A DNA stretch of 63,508 nucleotides, counting the filler, from Intoshia linei (lineage: Eukaryota > Animalia > Orthonectida): assembly GCA_001642005.1 (NCBI GenBank). It is 6 parts of 6 records of this genome, joined end to end, with 100 filler letters (N's around TTAATTAATTAA, not from the genome) between each part and the next. Parts side by side here need not be neighbours in the genome. Positions count along the whole stretch, not along the records: positions 15,987 to 30,510 come from LWCA01000962.1; positions 30,611 to 50,814 come from LWCA01000691.1; 4 more parts are not named here. One strand, given 5' to 3'. The notes beneath the pieces were generated by a model. The model was not told where the DNA came from and ran no database searches. It saw only the letters and a program-made list of their open reading frames with translations. Positions 27,301 through 39,316 of this stretch are shown in pieces (the stretch's first letter is position 1; each line of letters begins with the position of its first letter). The position numbers were made by a program, and so were the translations under genes.

Positions 27301-27645
27301 GTATTATTTGTTATATTTTGTAAAAAATTTTGTTACATATGGGTTCCGTGAAGTTTAACAATAACTGCCATAATATATACACTAAAATTTATTGTATTTA
27401 CATTAATTGTACTAATTATTATTATTGATATTTAATAAATAATAATAATTAATAATTTTTTATTTTTATGTAATAAAAAAACAGTTTATCAAAATATATA
27501 TATAGAAATGAGGATATAATGAATGTTGCTGGACCAGATGCCTTACGATATCTTTTATTTCAGAGATATTTAATTATATTATCTTTTATTCTCATATTTT
27601 TGTGCAATATTTTAATTTTACCTATCAATATGACTGGAAATGTCG
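21349..27645 (+). CDS. TMEM63: TMEM63/OSCA (CSC1-like) mechanosensitive channel, 5' exons only
   Basis: Exons 21349..21477, 21542..21612, probably 21969..22026 and 22261..22280, and 27506..27645. They give GFAGIPENILFNLAASLILLVIFFVLRK and NEDIMNVAGPDALRYLLFQRYLIILSFILIFLCNILILPINMTG, matching the first TMEM63 helices. Remainder not found before the next spacer. Confidence 0.85.
22805..23612 (+). mobile_element. Non-autonomous Helitron, both termini present (TMEM63 intron)
   Basis: A|TCCTAACTTATAT ... GCTGTTTGTACGTACTACAAAACTGC ... CTAG|T. Confidence 0.85.
23698..23956. mobile_element. hAT (Charlie-type) MITE
   Basis: TIR CAGTGCTTTC / GAAAGCACTG; perfect 8-bp TSD CCGTAGAT. Confidence 0.9.
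24060..24330 (-). mobile_element. hAT dimerisation-domain remnant
   Basis: Minus-strand MTIEPCERSFSTL motif with nearby stops. Confidence 0.55.
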
Positions 27646-27965
27646 GTATGTAATAATATAATTAATAATAATATAACTCAGTTATATATTATTGTATATT
27701 ATATTCAGTCATTCTCAATAGTGGGTCACTAAGGGTTACAATAAAATAACTGTATATTGAAAAAAAAATTTTTACATCAACGAATGATATTAAATTTAAA
27801 TATACCCATTACACACCCTCCCTTCAAGGAAATTTAACCCGAATTATTATAGAAAAGGTTTTTTAAATGTCTAAAGCTGTGATGGTTTATTACTCTTCTT
27901 GATTCAAAAATTTGTTTTATCTTCATTACCACTACCCCCTGATAGCTACTTTGAAAAAATAAACA

Positions 27966-28036
27966 CAGGTTAATTCTTATTTAACGGAATGAGATTTTTT
28001 CAAGGCCTATTATTCCGTTAACGAGGAATTAGCCTG
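27966..28036. mobile_element. 71-bp pogo-like mini-MITE (almost entirely inverted repeat)
   Basis: CAGGTTAATTCTTATTTAACGGAAT ... ATTCCGTTAACGAGGAATTAGCCTG followed by TA. Confidence 0.65.
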
Positions 28037-28041
28037 TATAT

Positions 28042-29433
28042 TAGGGTTGTGAAAATTTTAATATTTTTGATTATATTTGAAAAAGCCCATTATTCCAAGA
28101 TGAGAAATTATGATTGATGAAGCTTTATAGGAAAAATTATCAAGAAATTTAAAATAATCTTATGCGCATGAATGATTTATAATTTACGAATTACGATAGA
28201 CATTGTATTATATTATATTATACAGTGCATAAAAAATAAAATATTGCCAATATTGAAATGAAATAAACAAAATTTAATAGAATTTCATTGAGGGTTTAGT
28301 ATAATAAAACATTGATATAAAAATATATTGCAAAATAACCAAAATTAATATGTAAAATAATCAAATCAAACCAAACCAAATCAACTAATTTGAAGTATAA
28401 GATCATTTAATGTATTATATTATAATATATTATCATTTTACAATTTATTAAAATAATTCAATATTCTGGTTTCATATGATTTAGGCAATCTATCGACAAA
28501 CGTATGCAAGACCGATAGAGATCGCTCACAGATTTCATTAGTATAATCTATTTCCAGAAGTTGTGAATTGAAGATATCATTATTATTCTGATATGTCTGT
28601 AAAGCTTTATCAAAAATATATTCTTTTAAATGAACCATATCATCGATCGTCCTTCTACAATTGAACCATGCCGGAGCCGAATGATTGGCGACAAAACTAG
28701 CACACCGTTGAATATTAGGTTCAATGTCATTTTTTAAAATTGCATATTTTAACAAATAAATAGCCCTAGAGTTTCATTTTATAAGCTTTACAGAGAGCTG
28801 CTAATTCACTATAATCATACCTATTTGATTTGGGATATATAATTTTATCTCCAACGCCGATATAATTCTTTTATATAATAATTAATTTAATATAATTTAA
28901 AATTTAATAAAGTATCCTTAATAAAGTAATATTCAAGGTTTGGTGAGGTAGTTGTATCTATAAAAAAGTGGTTTAAGTAATGATGTAGGATTCTATCTAA
29001 CACGTGTAATCGACAGGGGTGATATAAAACACTAGGTATAATATCCTTTAATTTCTTAACGACGCCTCCACGTTTACCAGTGTTAACATTGGTTGTGTCA
29101 CATATTATTATTTTTATATTATTTAATATATCAAAACTGTTAATTGTATTAACTAGTAACGCTGTTATAGTCTCTGCTCTTCCATTTTGTATGATTTTTA
29201 TTCCTAGTAAATACTCACCTTCACTAGAATTAACTGCAATCCACATATAGTGCTTTCCATTATATGTTTTCCCATCAAATTGTAATGAAAACTCAGTAAT
29301 ATTTGCAAGTTTTAATTTTATNTTGTGAATTGAAGATATCATTATTATTCTGATATGTCTGTAAAGCTTTATCAAAAATATATTCTTTTAAATGAACCAT
29401 ATCATTGATCGTTTTTCTACAATTGAACCATGC
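28042..29433 (-). mobile_element. Decayed hAT-superfamily (hATm-like) transposase
   Basis: LQFDGK, DTTNVNTG, CRLH and ICERSLS motifs; TAGGG terminus at 28042; broken into two ORFs. Confidence 0.7.
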
Positions 29434-30078
29434 AAAATTAATTAAAGTATAAAATAAAGAAAAATAAAACCATTATATAACCAATTACCATTATAAATAC
29501 AAACACCAAATAATACCATTAAAAATAAAGTATAAACAGTCCAATCCTAAAAATTGTCATAATAGGAAAAATCCTATATATTTTATAAAAAAAATTGGAT
29601 TGTCTACGTAAAATTTTCCTAAATGTAAATCAGAATGAATACAGTATGAAAATTAATTAAAAATAACAATTATCTTACTTATTTCGGATATCATGATCTT
29701 CTTGAGACGTCTCATCTTCTCAATTTTGGCCTTTTTTCTTGTGAATGTTGCTTTTCTTTTTGGCATTTTATTATTACAGTATAACCCCGTGTTAGGCACC
29801 TTTTTTGAAAAGTGCCCCAAAAATTGAGGGTAATGATAATATTCTATTATGTATTAAATTAATTGAACGATGATAGTATTTAATCATAGTAAGAAAGTTG
29901 ATAAAGATTCGTTGATGGGGTATATCACAAAAAATTAATTAATTAGATTTTTAAAGTATTAAAAAAAATATAAATGGAATTGAAAATTTGATAAACGCAT
30001 GAATATTGAGACAAGACAATAATAACTTAATATTTACATTAAATCTGATAAAAACAAATGTAAATTTTTATCTTGTAA

Positions 30079-30296
30079 CTAGCTTGGCAGTTTTGTACTA
30101 CGTACAAACAGCACCTAGATCTACCGAGGGAACTCTTGTATTATACCAAAAAAAAAAATTCACGTTGAAAATCTAATCTAAAAATTCTACTATTAACTAT
30201 TATCAATCATTTGTTTTGTTTTGTTAACATTTGCGTAAAGAATTTAATAACAATTGTTATATATTTTTTAATTTATTAGACAGAATGTGTGTATAA
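30079..30296 (-). mobile_element. Helitron 3' fragment, abutting a hAT-like terminus at about 30297
   Basis: A|CTAG followed by the inverted hairpin GCAGTTTTGTACTACGTACAAACAGC. Confidence 0.8.
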
Positions 30297-30510
30297 TGGG
30301 GTGTTTCAAAAAGTAGAAATTTTGCGAGTTTCTTGTTGATATAGGAAAAATTAAGCTAGTATTCATATTTAAACTACTATGTGAGTTCAATTTTCACACC
30401 AAAAAATTTCTGGTTGAGTTGCGCAAAGAAAAAAAAATTTTTAATAAAAAAATATTAAAAATTACTTTATTAACAAATATGATTGGTTAATTTATCATAT
30501 TTTCGTAAAA

Positions 30511-30610
30511 NNNNNNNNNNNNNNNNNNNNNNNNNNNNNNNNNNNNNNNNNNNNTTAATTAATTAANNNNNNNNNNNNNNNNNNNNNNNNNNNNNNNNNN
30601 NNNNNNNNNN
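30511..30610. other. Artificial 100-nt assembly spacer
   Basis: N44-TTAATTAATTAA-N44. Confidence 0.95.
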
Positions 30611-32434
30611 AAAAAATATAGATCAATAAATTTGGAGGAACACTATGTGATGGTAGGCGAACCGGGAGGTTTTTACTTACACGACATGGCTCCAAAAAAT
30701 AGCAAGGGTCGAACGGTGGCAAAGTGCATATTTGAAACTATTGAGGACACACCGTTGAAAAATAATTTGGAAATAGTTAGCTCAGATGGTACAGCAAGCA
30801 TGACAGGTGTAAATAATTGTTGCATAAGAGCACTGGAAGAATATTTAAACAGACCATTACAATAATCCATCTGTCTTCTACATTGCAATGAGTTGCCACT
30901 TTGTCATGTTTTCATGGAGCTTGACGGCACGACAAAGAGTCAAACTGCATTTTCTGGACCAATAGGAAAGACATTAAATGGAAATGTTTCAGAATGGCAA
31001 TTGCAGAACTTTAAAAGAATTGATAATCAGAATTTTCCATTAATTCCCAATAACATCATTGATGATTTAAGTTCAAATCAGTACTATGGCTATAGGATAT
31101 GTATGGCTTTTCGGTTAGGATTTGTTGATGATGACCTTAAACTGTTAGAAGTTGGACCAATAGTACATTCTAGGTGGCTCACTCTTGCATGCAGAATTCT
31201 CCGAATGTATGTTTCCACAAATAAACCAACAGCAACTTTAAGAAGTCTGAGTGAATTTTGTCTGAAGGTATATTTTCCAAACTGGTTCGATATAAAGTTA
31301 CTGATGGTTCCAGAAATTTGTTTAATATGCTCCAGATAATAATTCAGATTCCAAACCAAATAATTAGAAATATTTCCTTAAGAGTTGTTCAGCGAAATGC
31401 CTTTTACGCGCATCCAGAGAATGTTCTTCTTGGTATGCTTGGTGATGAAGATAAAAGTATTAGGCGGCTTGCTGAAAGCAAAGTCACGTCTTTAAGAGGT
31501 AACTTACCCTTTTTCACGATTGACATTGGCAGAACCGATTTCAACAACAATACAACTGAAAACTGTTTTGATCTTTCTGATGATGACTGTGACCTGCCTA
31601 AATCAACAAATGTGATACAACACTTTAAACCGCAAAAGTTGAATCTAAAATCCAAGGTTTATTACAAGATGGTAGATATGAATGCAGATTTTATAGAAGA
31701 ACCTCCTGCCACGCAAAGAATAAGTGATGATGCTATAGAAAAAATCAGAAAAGCATTACTCATTCTTCATCATCCTTGTCACAATCAAGCTGTCGAAAGA
31801 CATGTCAAACTAGTGACAGAAGCTTTGAGTTCTGTAGCCGGTTTCGAGAGGAGGGATGGCATGATTCGCCAACGCATCAAATCCCGGAATTTGATGCCAA
31901 AATTTAACACAAAATCTCAATTTTCATAAAACTTTTTGGACTAAATAATTTAATTGTATTTGTATTTAATAAAGTTACATAAAACATGTAACTATGATGG
32001 TCTATTTTCAGCAAACATTCTCATTATAAATATACATATTAAAATCTGATAAAAATAGAAAATTTATTCACTACAATGTGCTTTCTTTAAATTACAAAAA
32101 ATACGAAAATTGGCAAAAAAATTATAAAAAAAGTGGTTTTTGCCCAATAACTTTTTTTTTGTATCCCCAAGAAAAAAAGTTCTATTAGGACAGGTAGAAA
32201 GTTGACTATTCCGCTCATTATGAGCCCAAAATCGACTCTCTACGATGAGCGTATCAAAAGTTATAGCGATATTGTCGATTTTCGGCCCCGCTGCCACCTG
32301 GTGGCCAGGGCCACCATACCGACGGGGGCCACCTCAAAATTTTTGGTTTTAGTGCATATTTGGACTATTTGTCACGATTTGTGAACTACAATGTTGTGAT
32401 TAATGATACTAAATTACATATTCACTCCACCCTA
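30611..32434 (+). mobile_element. hAT-superfamily (hATm-like) transposon, 3' part, with inactivated transposase
   Basis: DGTASMTG, CLLH, SRWLT, HPEN and PCHNQAVER motifs spread over three ORFs with a stop and frameshifts; ends CACCCTA at 32434. Confidence 0.8.
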
Positions 32435-32447
32435 ATATATATATAAA

Positions 32448-32620
32448 TCCTTACTTATCCTAACTTATATAATATGCTACGCGACTTTTGTTTGTATGGG
32501 TGTGTGTGTCTGTGTGTTATGCTTAATTTGAATAACTACCTCTCTTATAATTTTGTAAAGTTCACATTTAAATTAGTTTTTTCCGGGGGTGTTCGCAAAC
32601 GTAATTGCAACCTCCTAATT
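32448..32620 (+). mobile_element. Helitron 5' fragment with a doubled terminus
   Basis: TCCTTACTTA immediately followed by TCCTAACTTATATAAT and the (GT)n tract. Confidence 0.65.
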
Positions 32621-33042
32621 TCAACTCTTTTTTCAATTTTTTATAAAAACACACTTTATATCGTTTAATTTGGATCACTTCAAATTTATTAATTAATAAA
32701 AATTAATTATTTTTTAATTATACCAAAAAAAATTATAATTGTAAAGAGAGTTTATTAATTTTTACAAACATTTGGAAAATCATAGTGAATTACGTATAAA
32801 AATAATTTGCAATGATAAATACCAATAAAATTAACATTTACATTTCATATTTTAAATTGTTAATTCTTTTTAAATTTCAAATTGTTAAAACTTTCAATTC
32901 AAATTTTATTGTTCTTTTTGTTTCTAAGACATTTCGAAAAGTATATGATTAGTACTTATAAAATCTGGACACTGTATTTTATAATACAATAATTTAAACA
33001 AAAATATAACTTTATTATGAAATCTTTATTAGTGCTAATAAA

Positions 33043-34479
33043 ATGAGCCAAAATGATAAAGCAAATCAAATTGATCAAACCAATAAAATTGAAAAGAACG
33101 TAAATAAACCGTTACAAATAGATACTACTTCAGATTCATATACAAACTCAAACGCAGAAAATGACGATACAAACAAACATAGAGAAATACAATACGCCGT
33201 AGTGGGATGTACTCATGGGGAATTGGATGTAATATATAATGAAATTCAAGAATATGAACAAAAAGAAAACTTGAAAATGGATTTTTTATTATGTTGCGGT
33301 GATTTTCAGGCAGTAAGGAATCCATCCGATTTACAATATATGGCAGTATTAAAAAAATATGCAATAATGCATGATTTTCATAAATACTATAGCGGTAAAA
33401 AAGTTGCTCCAATTTTAACTATAGTTATCGGAGGTAACCATGAAGCGTCAAATTATATGCAAGAATTACCTTACGGAGGATGGTTGGCTCCAAAAATATA
33501 TTATATGGGTTATTGCAATGTAATTAATATTGGGGGATTAAGAATTTCTGGGTTATCTGGAATCTACAAAAGATACAATTATCCCAAACATCATTACGAG
33601 TGTGTTCCATATGGAATGAACAAAGATGTAAATCATTTTAAAAAATTTAACAATGTCATTTCTGTTTATCATACTAGAAAAGAAGACGAATTAAAATTAT
33701 GTTGTGTTAAAAACTTGGTAGACATTTTTATGAGCCACGATTGGCCTATAGATATTACAAATTTTGGAAATTCTAAAAATTTGATTAGGAACAAAAAACA
33801 TTTAGAAAGTGATATAATTAATGGACAGTTGGGGTCTCTTCCAGCTCAATGTGTTATTAATCAGATGAAACCTAAATTTGCTTTTGCTGCTCATTTACAT
33901 GTCAATTTTAAAGCAGAAATTTTCGTGAATAATGAGAGTGTAACCAAATTTTTTGCATTGGGAAAACCAAATCATTATTTTAAACATTTACAATTTAATT
34001 CAATTTTTCCTAGAAACATTGACATGACTGATAATGGCGATTTGAATGTTTCTTATGATTTAGAATGGTTGAGTATTTTGAGAGCGACGAATTATTTAAA
34101 TACTTTTGAATATGTGAATGTTATTTCATATGATTACAAAAAACTTCCTGATGAAGCTGATTTAGAGGCGACTAAACAATTGTTTGGTGAATTGAAAATT
34201 CCAAATAATTTCACTCAAACCGCGCCACCTTTTACTGATTCATATCAAAAATATTTTCAAAGTGGTCCTTTTAAAAATCCACAAAATACTGTATTTATGC
34301 ACAAATTAGGTATTGATGATCCCGTTGAATTACAACTTAATAAAGACAACCGGTCGTTTCAAGATTATTTTAAACTCTTTCAAAGAAATGAAAAAAGTGA
34401 CATTCAATGTTTAAGTCAGATGAATACGACGAAAGATGAAGGTGATATTGTTATTGATATTTCGGATATTTCTGATTAA
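33043..34479 (+). CDS. DBR1: Lariat debranching enzyme, single exon, 478 aa
   Basis: Metallophosphoesterase motifs GCTHG, CCGDFQAVRN, GGNHEASNY, SHDWP and AHLHV, plus the Dbr1 C-terminal YDLEWLSILR and NPQ motifs. Confidence 0.96.
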   Translation: MSQNDKANQIDQTNKIEKNVNKPLQIDTTSDSYTNSNAENDDTNKHREIQYAVVGCTHGELDVIYNEIQEYEQKENLKMDFLLCCGDFQAVRNPSDLQYMAVLKKYAIMHDFHKYYSGKKVAPILTIVIGGNHEASNYMQELPYGGWLAPKIYYMGYCNVINIGGLRISGLSGIYKRYNYPKHHYECVPYGMNKDVNHFKKFNNVISVYHTRKEDELKLCCVKNLVDIFMSHDWPIDITNFGNSKNLIRNKKHLESDIINGQLGSLPAQCVINQMKPKFAFAAHLHVNFKAEIFVNNESVTKFFALGKPNHYFKHLQFNSIFPRNIDMTDNGDLNVSYDLEWLSILRATNYLNTFEYVNVISYDYKKLPDEADLEATKQLFGELKIPNNFTQTAPPFTDSYQKYFQSGPFKNPQNTVFMHKLGIDDPVELQLNKDNRSFQDYFKLFQRNEKSDIQCLSQMNTTKDEGDIVIDISDISD

Positions 34480-34785
34480 ATTCATGTCTTGTTTTATAGA
34501 TACTATGCAGCAGCCATCTCAGACTCTAATACGCGCCGGGTTGTATTATAAAAACTTTCCTAGCATCAACTTTTGAAACGATTACACTATAAAAAAAAAT
34601 TTTTTTTTTAATGAAACCGTTATCTCTTCTCGTCCGAGAAAACACCGCAATTTCGTACAAATAAATTAGCATGGGCATCATCATCAAATCATCTTTATAT
34701 AAACACTTTGAATTATCTTCATCACTCATTTTATAATCAGTGTCTTCCACTTCAGGTGCATCTTCATATATAAAAATATGTCCAT

Positions 34786-34870
34786 TAGGGTGTCAAATTT
34801 TTTCGAAAATTTTAGAACTCGATGGGCAATTAGCACTAAAAGTGTGTATTTGCAAAATAGAAAAATTAAT
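34786..34870 (+). mobile_element. hATm-like terminus; the same sequence occurs inverted at about 50915-50986
   Basis: TAGGGTGTCA...GATGGGCAATTAGCACTAAAAGTGTGTATTT at both sites. Confidence 0.6.
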
Positions 34871-35309
34871 TCGCAATCAAAAACATGTAACGCTATCTAT
34901 TCGAGTTGCGTTTGTCATTTTAAATGTTTCATTACAAATATTATGGAGAAATTAAAACTAAACTTTATATTAATGGAAATTGGCGTTTGAGCTTTTAAAA
35001 GTGGTACCGACTTTATAATATTGTTCTCTATGTTTAGTTATACTGTTTATTTTTTTAAATTTGTTTCTAGCTCAATTTTTTTAGATTATATTAACGATTT
35101 AATTTCTCGAATTCTGGCTATTTACATTATTTACATTATTTAAATTGTATCCAAAGCATCAAAAAAAAATAAGTATTTGATTTACATTGGTTCATAAAAT
35201 GTTAAAATTTGTTTTTGACTGAATTTTTGATTTTGAAATTTTTTCTGTATTTGAATGATATATTTTTAAATTCTATGAATCCTTATAAATTATAATCCTT
35301 TACTTATAA

Positions 35310-36620
35310 CCCTGTAAGACAAAACTGACGTTTTTTTTTTGATTTGGATAAAATTATAATAGTATTATATATAATTTCAGGGTGAACAAAATGATGTAAC
35401 TCTTGTGGTATGAATCGCTCAACTTTTTGAAATAATCAGGTAATAGCTTTGTTGCTATAGGCAAACTAATAATTTCATTATTTTTATAAGTGCCTTAATT
35501 ACACTAATCCTAATATAAATTTTAAAATATAAAGAATCTTTCTAGGGTAAAATTAACTGTAATTTACGATACCAAGGTTAAAAATATGAAAATCGTACTG
35601 CAAATATAGAGGTTTTATAAAAAAGGGAAATGGGATCTTAAAAAGTACTGATCCCTAATTATGATCTTAACGTCTTTTTCGCTATCTAAATGAACTTTCA
35701 AATTCAGAAATATAATTTCATTACAAGACTCTTGAATCGCTCATTTCTTTAATTAATTTACAGTTGAAGTTACATATAAATATTTAATTTAATTTTTACA
35801 AAAATATAGTCACATATATTTAATATGTATTTTTCCGTGTACCGACGCTCAAAAACATTTAAAATTTGATAGAAACGCTCCCTATGCTCGTCTGACCAAT
35901 TTCCGCAATTCTTTGCAAAGTAATTTAAATGGTCATCTAAATAATGTATCTTTATACTATACAGACAATCCATTATATCGTAACAGTAAACATATCTTCA
36001 ATTGCAACTAAAATTAACTATAAATATGGTTAAATAAATATAATACCTTATATATTTTATAATTCACAGTTCTACGATTTCCGAGAAACATAGTCACTAC
36101 CTTTTCAAAACTATTAAATGCATTCAATTCAATTTCACTTAATGAGTTTCGAAATTCTGTACTTTTTAATAATGTTCTAATTTCTGGGCCATTTAAAATA
36201 CCAGCACTCAATTTAGCATCTGATAAATGTGGGAATATTTTTTTTAATACAAAATGAGGTTTATTGGTTTCATTAATTGATTTATGATTCTTATCCAATC
36301 TACACAGGCATTGCTTCACAAGACCTAATTTTATATGAAGTGGAGGTAAAATAATATTTTCTTAGTTAATAAGCTTTTCATTAAAACCAGGGTCAATACT
36401 TCTAATATTCCAATTTTTTTTAATATAATTTTCATATTTTTTACGTGAATCAAAGAGACATATGAAACATGGATATTTTATGTAACCATTTTGCATCCCT
36501 GTCAAATAGCTGACAACTTTAAAGTCGCAACATATTTTCCAATTGTATTCTGTATAATTAATTTTAGTTAAGCATAATTTGACAGCTTCATGTCTCTTAA
36601 TTTTCGAGAATAAAATAAAG
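35310..36620 (-). mobile_element. Decayed CMC/Chapaev-3-like transposase
   Basis: ICCDFKVV..TGMQNGYIKYPCFIC, LPPLHIKLGL, FPHLSDAKLSAGILNGPEIR, KIHYL and SDEHRERFYQ motifs, with frameshifts. Confidence 0.75.
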
Positions 36621-36795
36621 GTAAATGTTTAAATGTTGCAGAATATATCTTAAAATTACGATTTCAATACATTCTGTACACACAAGTACAAGATCATTTT
36701 AAATATTTATTATTTAGTTGTGTGCTTATGTTAATGTAATATCTTATAAATTGTTTACATTATTCACATTGCACACTATATATTTCTGTTATTTG

Positions 36796-38304
36796 ATGGA
36801 CACATTTAATTCTATAAAAAATGGGTTATCTGAGACGCGAGAATTACCCTTGAAATTAATATATGTATTTACAACCATTTTGTTCATTATCACATCGAAT
36901 TACAAGAATAAAATGAAAATTTACAGTGCAGCATATATATTTTTGGAATATTTGATATTTTACGAAAAATATCTCTTGTATTACTCTATTGGGCCAATAA
37001 TTAACCTCGCGTTAATATACGTTATTTTTAATTTTACTAAATATAATTCATTGTTCCGAGTGTATATATATCAAATTGTTCTAATATGGTCATTGTCTTG
37101 GTCCATTATGATGCATAGATTACCTGGAATAGATCTTTATGATAGTCTCAGGAAAACGAATGTTTTTCTAACATTTGCAAGAATGTTGTCGACCGGTTCT
37201 TATATTTCTCAAAATCTAGGTTTGTCCAATGATGAAAAATTGATAACTCCAAAAGAAATCCATACAAACTCAAAAAAATATTTAACATCAAGTTCCACAT
37301 CAGAAAATTTAAATAATTTAAACAATTCATCAGAATCAAATGATGGAATTCGAACATTTAAACAAGCTTTTTATTTTCAAACTTCAATTGTTGGTACGAG
37401 TATTGGTCCAATATTTAATTTTCAAGAATTTTCAACTTTGATGAAGCCGTGTAAATCACATTTTAATCATTACAAATTATTAGATGGAATAGTTACTGTT
37501 ATGATTAGTGATAAAATTTATGAATATATTTCTGACATTGGAAATATCGATCAATTATTCACTGATTCATACTATTTAAAAACTAGCATTTTTCAAACAA
37601 TATGGTATATTACATTATTATCTCTTTCATTCAGACTGCAACTGAATAGCGCGTTTAGCTTAGCCGAAGTCTTGGTTAACATTTGCGGAGTTCCAAAACA
37701 TAGTAACAATTCTAAAAATAATAAATGGATTTATGGTATGAATTTTGTAAATTTCATGTCCAAAAGTACCTTTAGACAAATTATGCGTAATTGGAACATG
37801 TCTATCCAACTTTGGATATATCGTTGCTTTTATAAAATGCTCAATTTACATAAATTGAATCGCGAAATTTCCTTGTTTATTGTCATCTTATTTAATGTTG
37901 CTTGGCATGGTCCGTATATGGTATATTTTTATGCGAGTGTTGTATTTCTTATATGTGTTCTTGTTCAAGATCACATTATTTACAATTACAATACTTGTAT
38001 GGGTAGAAGGCACCCAAAACGACAGATTAGTGACCTTAAAGAATGCTTAAATATGATTATTCGACTTAGGATTAATGCACACTTAATTTTTAGTTTGATC
38101 ATGTGGATTAGTACTCAATTGGCTCTTGATTTCTGTGTTGTTGTGATGTTTACAGTCAATACATCTACCGTATCTAAATTGTGGACATTCCTGTGTTTTT
38201 ATCCAATCATTGTACTATTGATAATTCTTCTAATCTCTGAATCTGCAAAATTTTATTATACAAAGTTTTCGCGTAATTATCTTTTTATATCCTTACTTAT
38301 ATAA
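36796..38304 (+). CDS. MBOAT-family lysophospholipid acyltransferase (MBOAT7/LPIAT-like), paralog 1
   Basis: Multi-pass hydrophobic ORF with GTSIGPIF, MRNWNMSIQLW and the catalytic WHG. First ATG at 36796; frame is open from 36718. Exact ends uncertain. Confidence 0.85.
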   Translation: MDTFNSIKNGLSETRELPLKLIYVFTTILFIITSNYKNKMKIYSAAYIFLEYLIFYEKYLLYYSIGPIINLALIYVIFNFTKYNSLFRVYIYQIVLIWSLSWSIMMHRLPGIDLYDSLRKTNVFLTFARMLSTGSYISQNLGLSNDEKLITPKEIHTNSKKYLTSSSTSENLNNLNNSSESNDGIRTFKQAFYFQTSIVGTSIGPIFNFQEFSTLMKPCKSHFNHYKLLDGIVTVMISDKIYEYISDIGNIDQLFTDSYYLKTSIFQTIWYITLLSLSFRLQLNSAFSLAEVLVNICGVPKHSNNSKNNKWIYGMNFVNFMSKSTFRQIMRNWNMSIQLWIYRCFYKMLNLHKLNREISLFIVILFNVAWHGPYMVYFYASVVFLICVLVQDHIIYNYNTCMGRRHPKRQISDLKECLNMIIRLRINAHLIFSLIMWISTQLALDFCVVVMFTVNTSTVSKLWTFLCFYPIIVLLIILLISESAKFYYTKFSRNYLFISLLI

Positions 38305-39316
38305 TATGCTACGCAATATCTTTGTGTGTTCCACTTTATTGAAATAACTACCAGTCTTAGAATTTTATAAAGTCCAATTTCAATTACAGTTTTTTCCGGA
38401 CATATAATGAGATAAATTTCAACCTCCAAAACTCACACGGTTACTCTTACGGGTCAAAAACCCAAAATGTCCTTTTTTTTGAAAACCAAACAAGTTGGAG
38501 AATTTAAAAAAATATCAAGTTAGTATACGCTGATACGGATTTTAAAATCATAAACATCATAAATTTAAATTTAAAAAAATTATATTTTAAGAGCCAAAAC
38601 CCCAAATTACCCTTTTTTTTAATGAAAACAGTCCTAGAATTTAAAAAAATTACTGGTTGTACAGTGTTATCCTGTTAACACACAAAAAAATTTCAATCCG
38701 AATAAGTGACGACTTCACGGTCAAAAAAACATTTTAGTATTCATAAATATTTTTTTCCGAAATATTTTATTAAAACAAAAAATGTGAAATAATTAAAAGT
38801 CCGAAAATTCAAAAAAAAAAAATTATTCTGATAGAGATTGCGTTAATTATTGATACATAATTGGTATTTTTAAGTATTTATTTAAATTGGTACTAAAAAT
38901 ATATCATTACATTGAAAATTACAAAATAGGTTTATTTAATTTTATTTTTTTTGGTATTTATGCTATTTATAAAATTTTTAGGATTGAACTGTTTTTACTT
39001 TATTTTTAATATTATACACACATTCCGTCTAATAAATTAAAAAAATGGGATAACAATTGTTTTTAAAATTCTTTACGCAAATATTAACAAACAAAAAATT
39101 AAGATGAAAATAATTCACTTTAAAATAAAAAAGTAATGTGATATGATGGTTTCACCTGAACAAAATTTGGGACCACTCTTTTACAGGATTGATAATAGTG
39201 AATACTAGGATTTTTAAGTTAGATTTTGAACGTGAATTTATTTTTTAAGTATAATAAAAATGCGCCCTCGGCAGAGCTAGGTCCTGTTTGTACGTAGTAC
39301 ATAACAGTCAACCTAG
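38290..39316 (+). mobile_element. Non-autonomous Helitron, both termini present
   Basis: A|TCCTTACTTATAT ... CTGTTTGTACGTAGTACATAACAG ... CTAG|T. Confidence 0.88.

Noticed and set aside
29323-29433. Direct duplication of 28561-28671
   Set aside because: It starts at a single N inside a multi-copy transposon, so it is most likely an assembly join; the first residues of ORF 28887..29375 are therefore artefactual.
30297-32434. One intact hAT element spanning the 30511 spacer
   Set aside because: The flanks do not form a TSD, and the interrupted Helitron does not resume after 32434.
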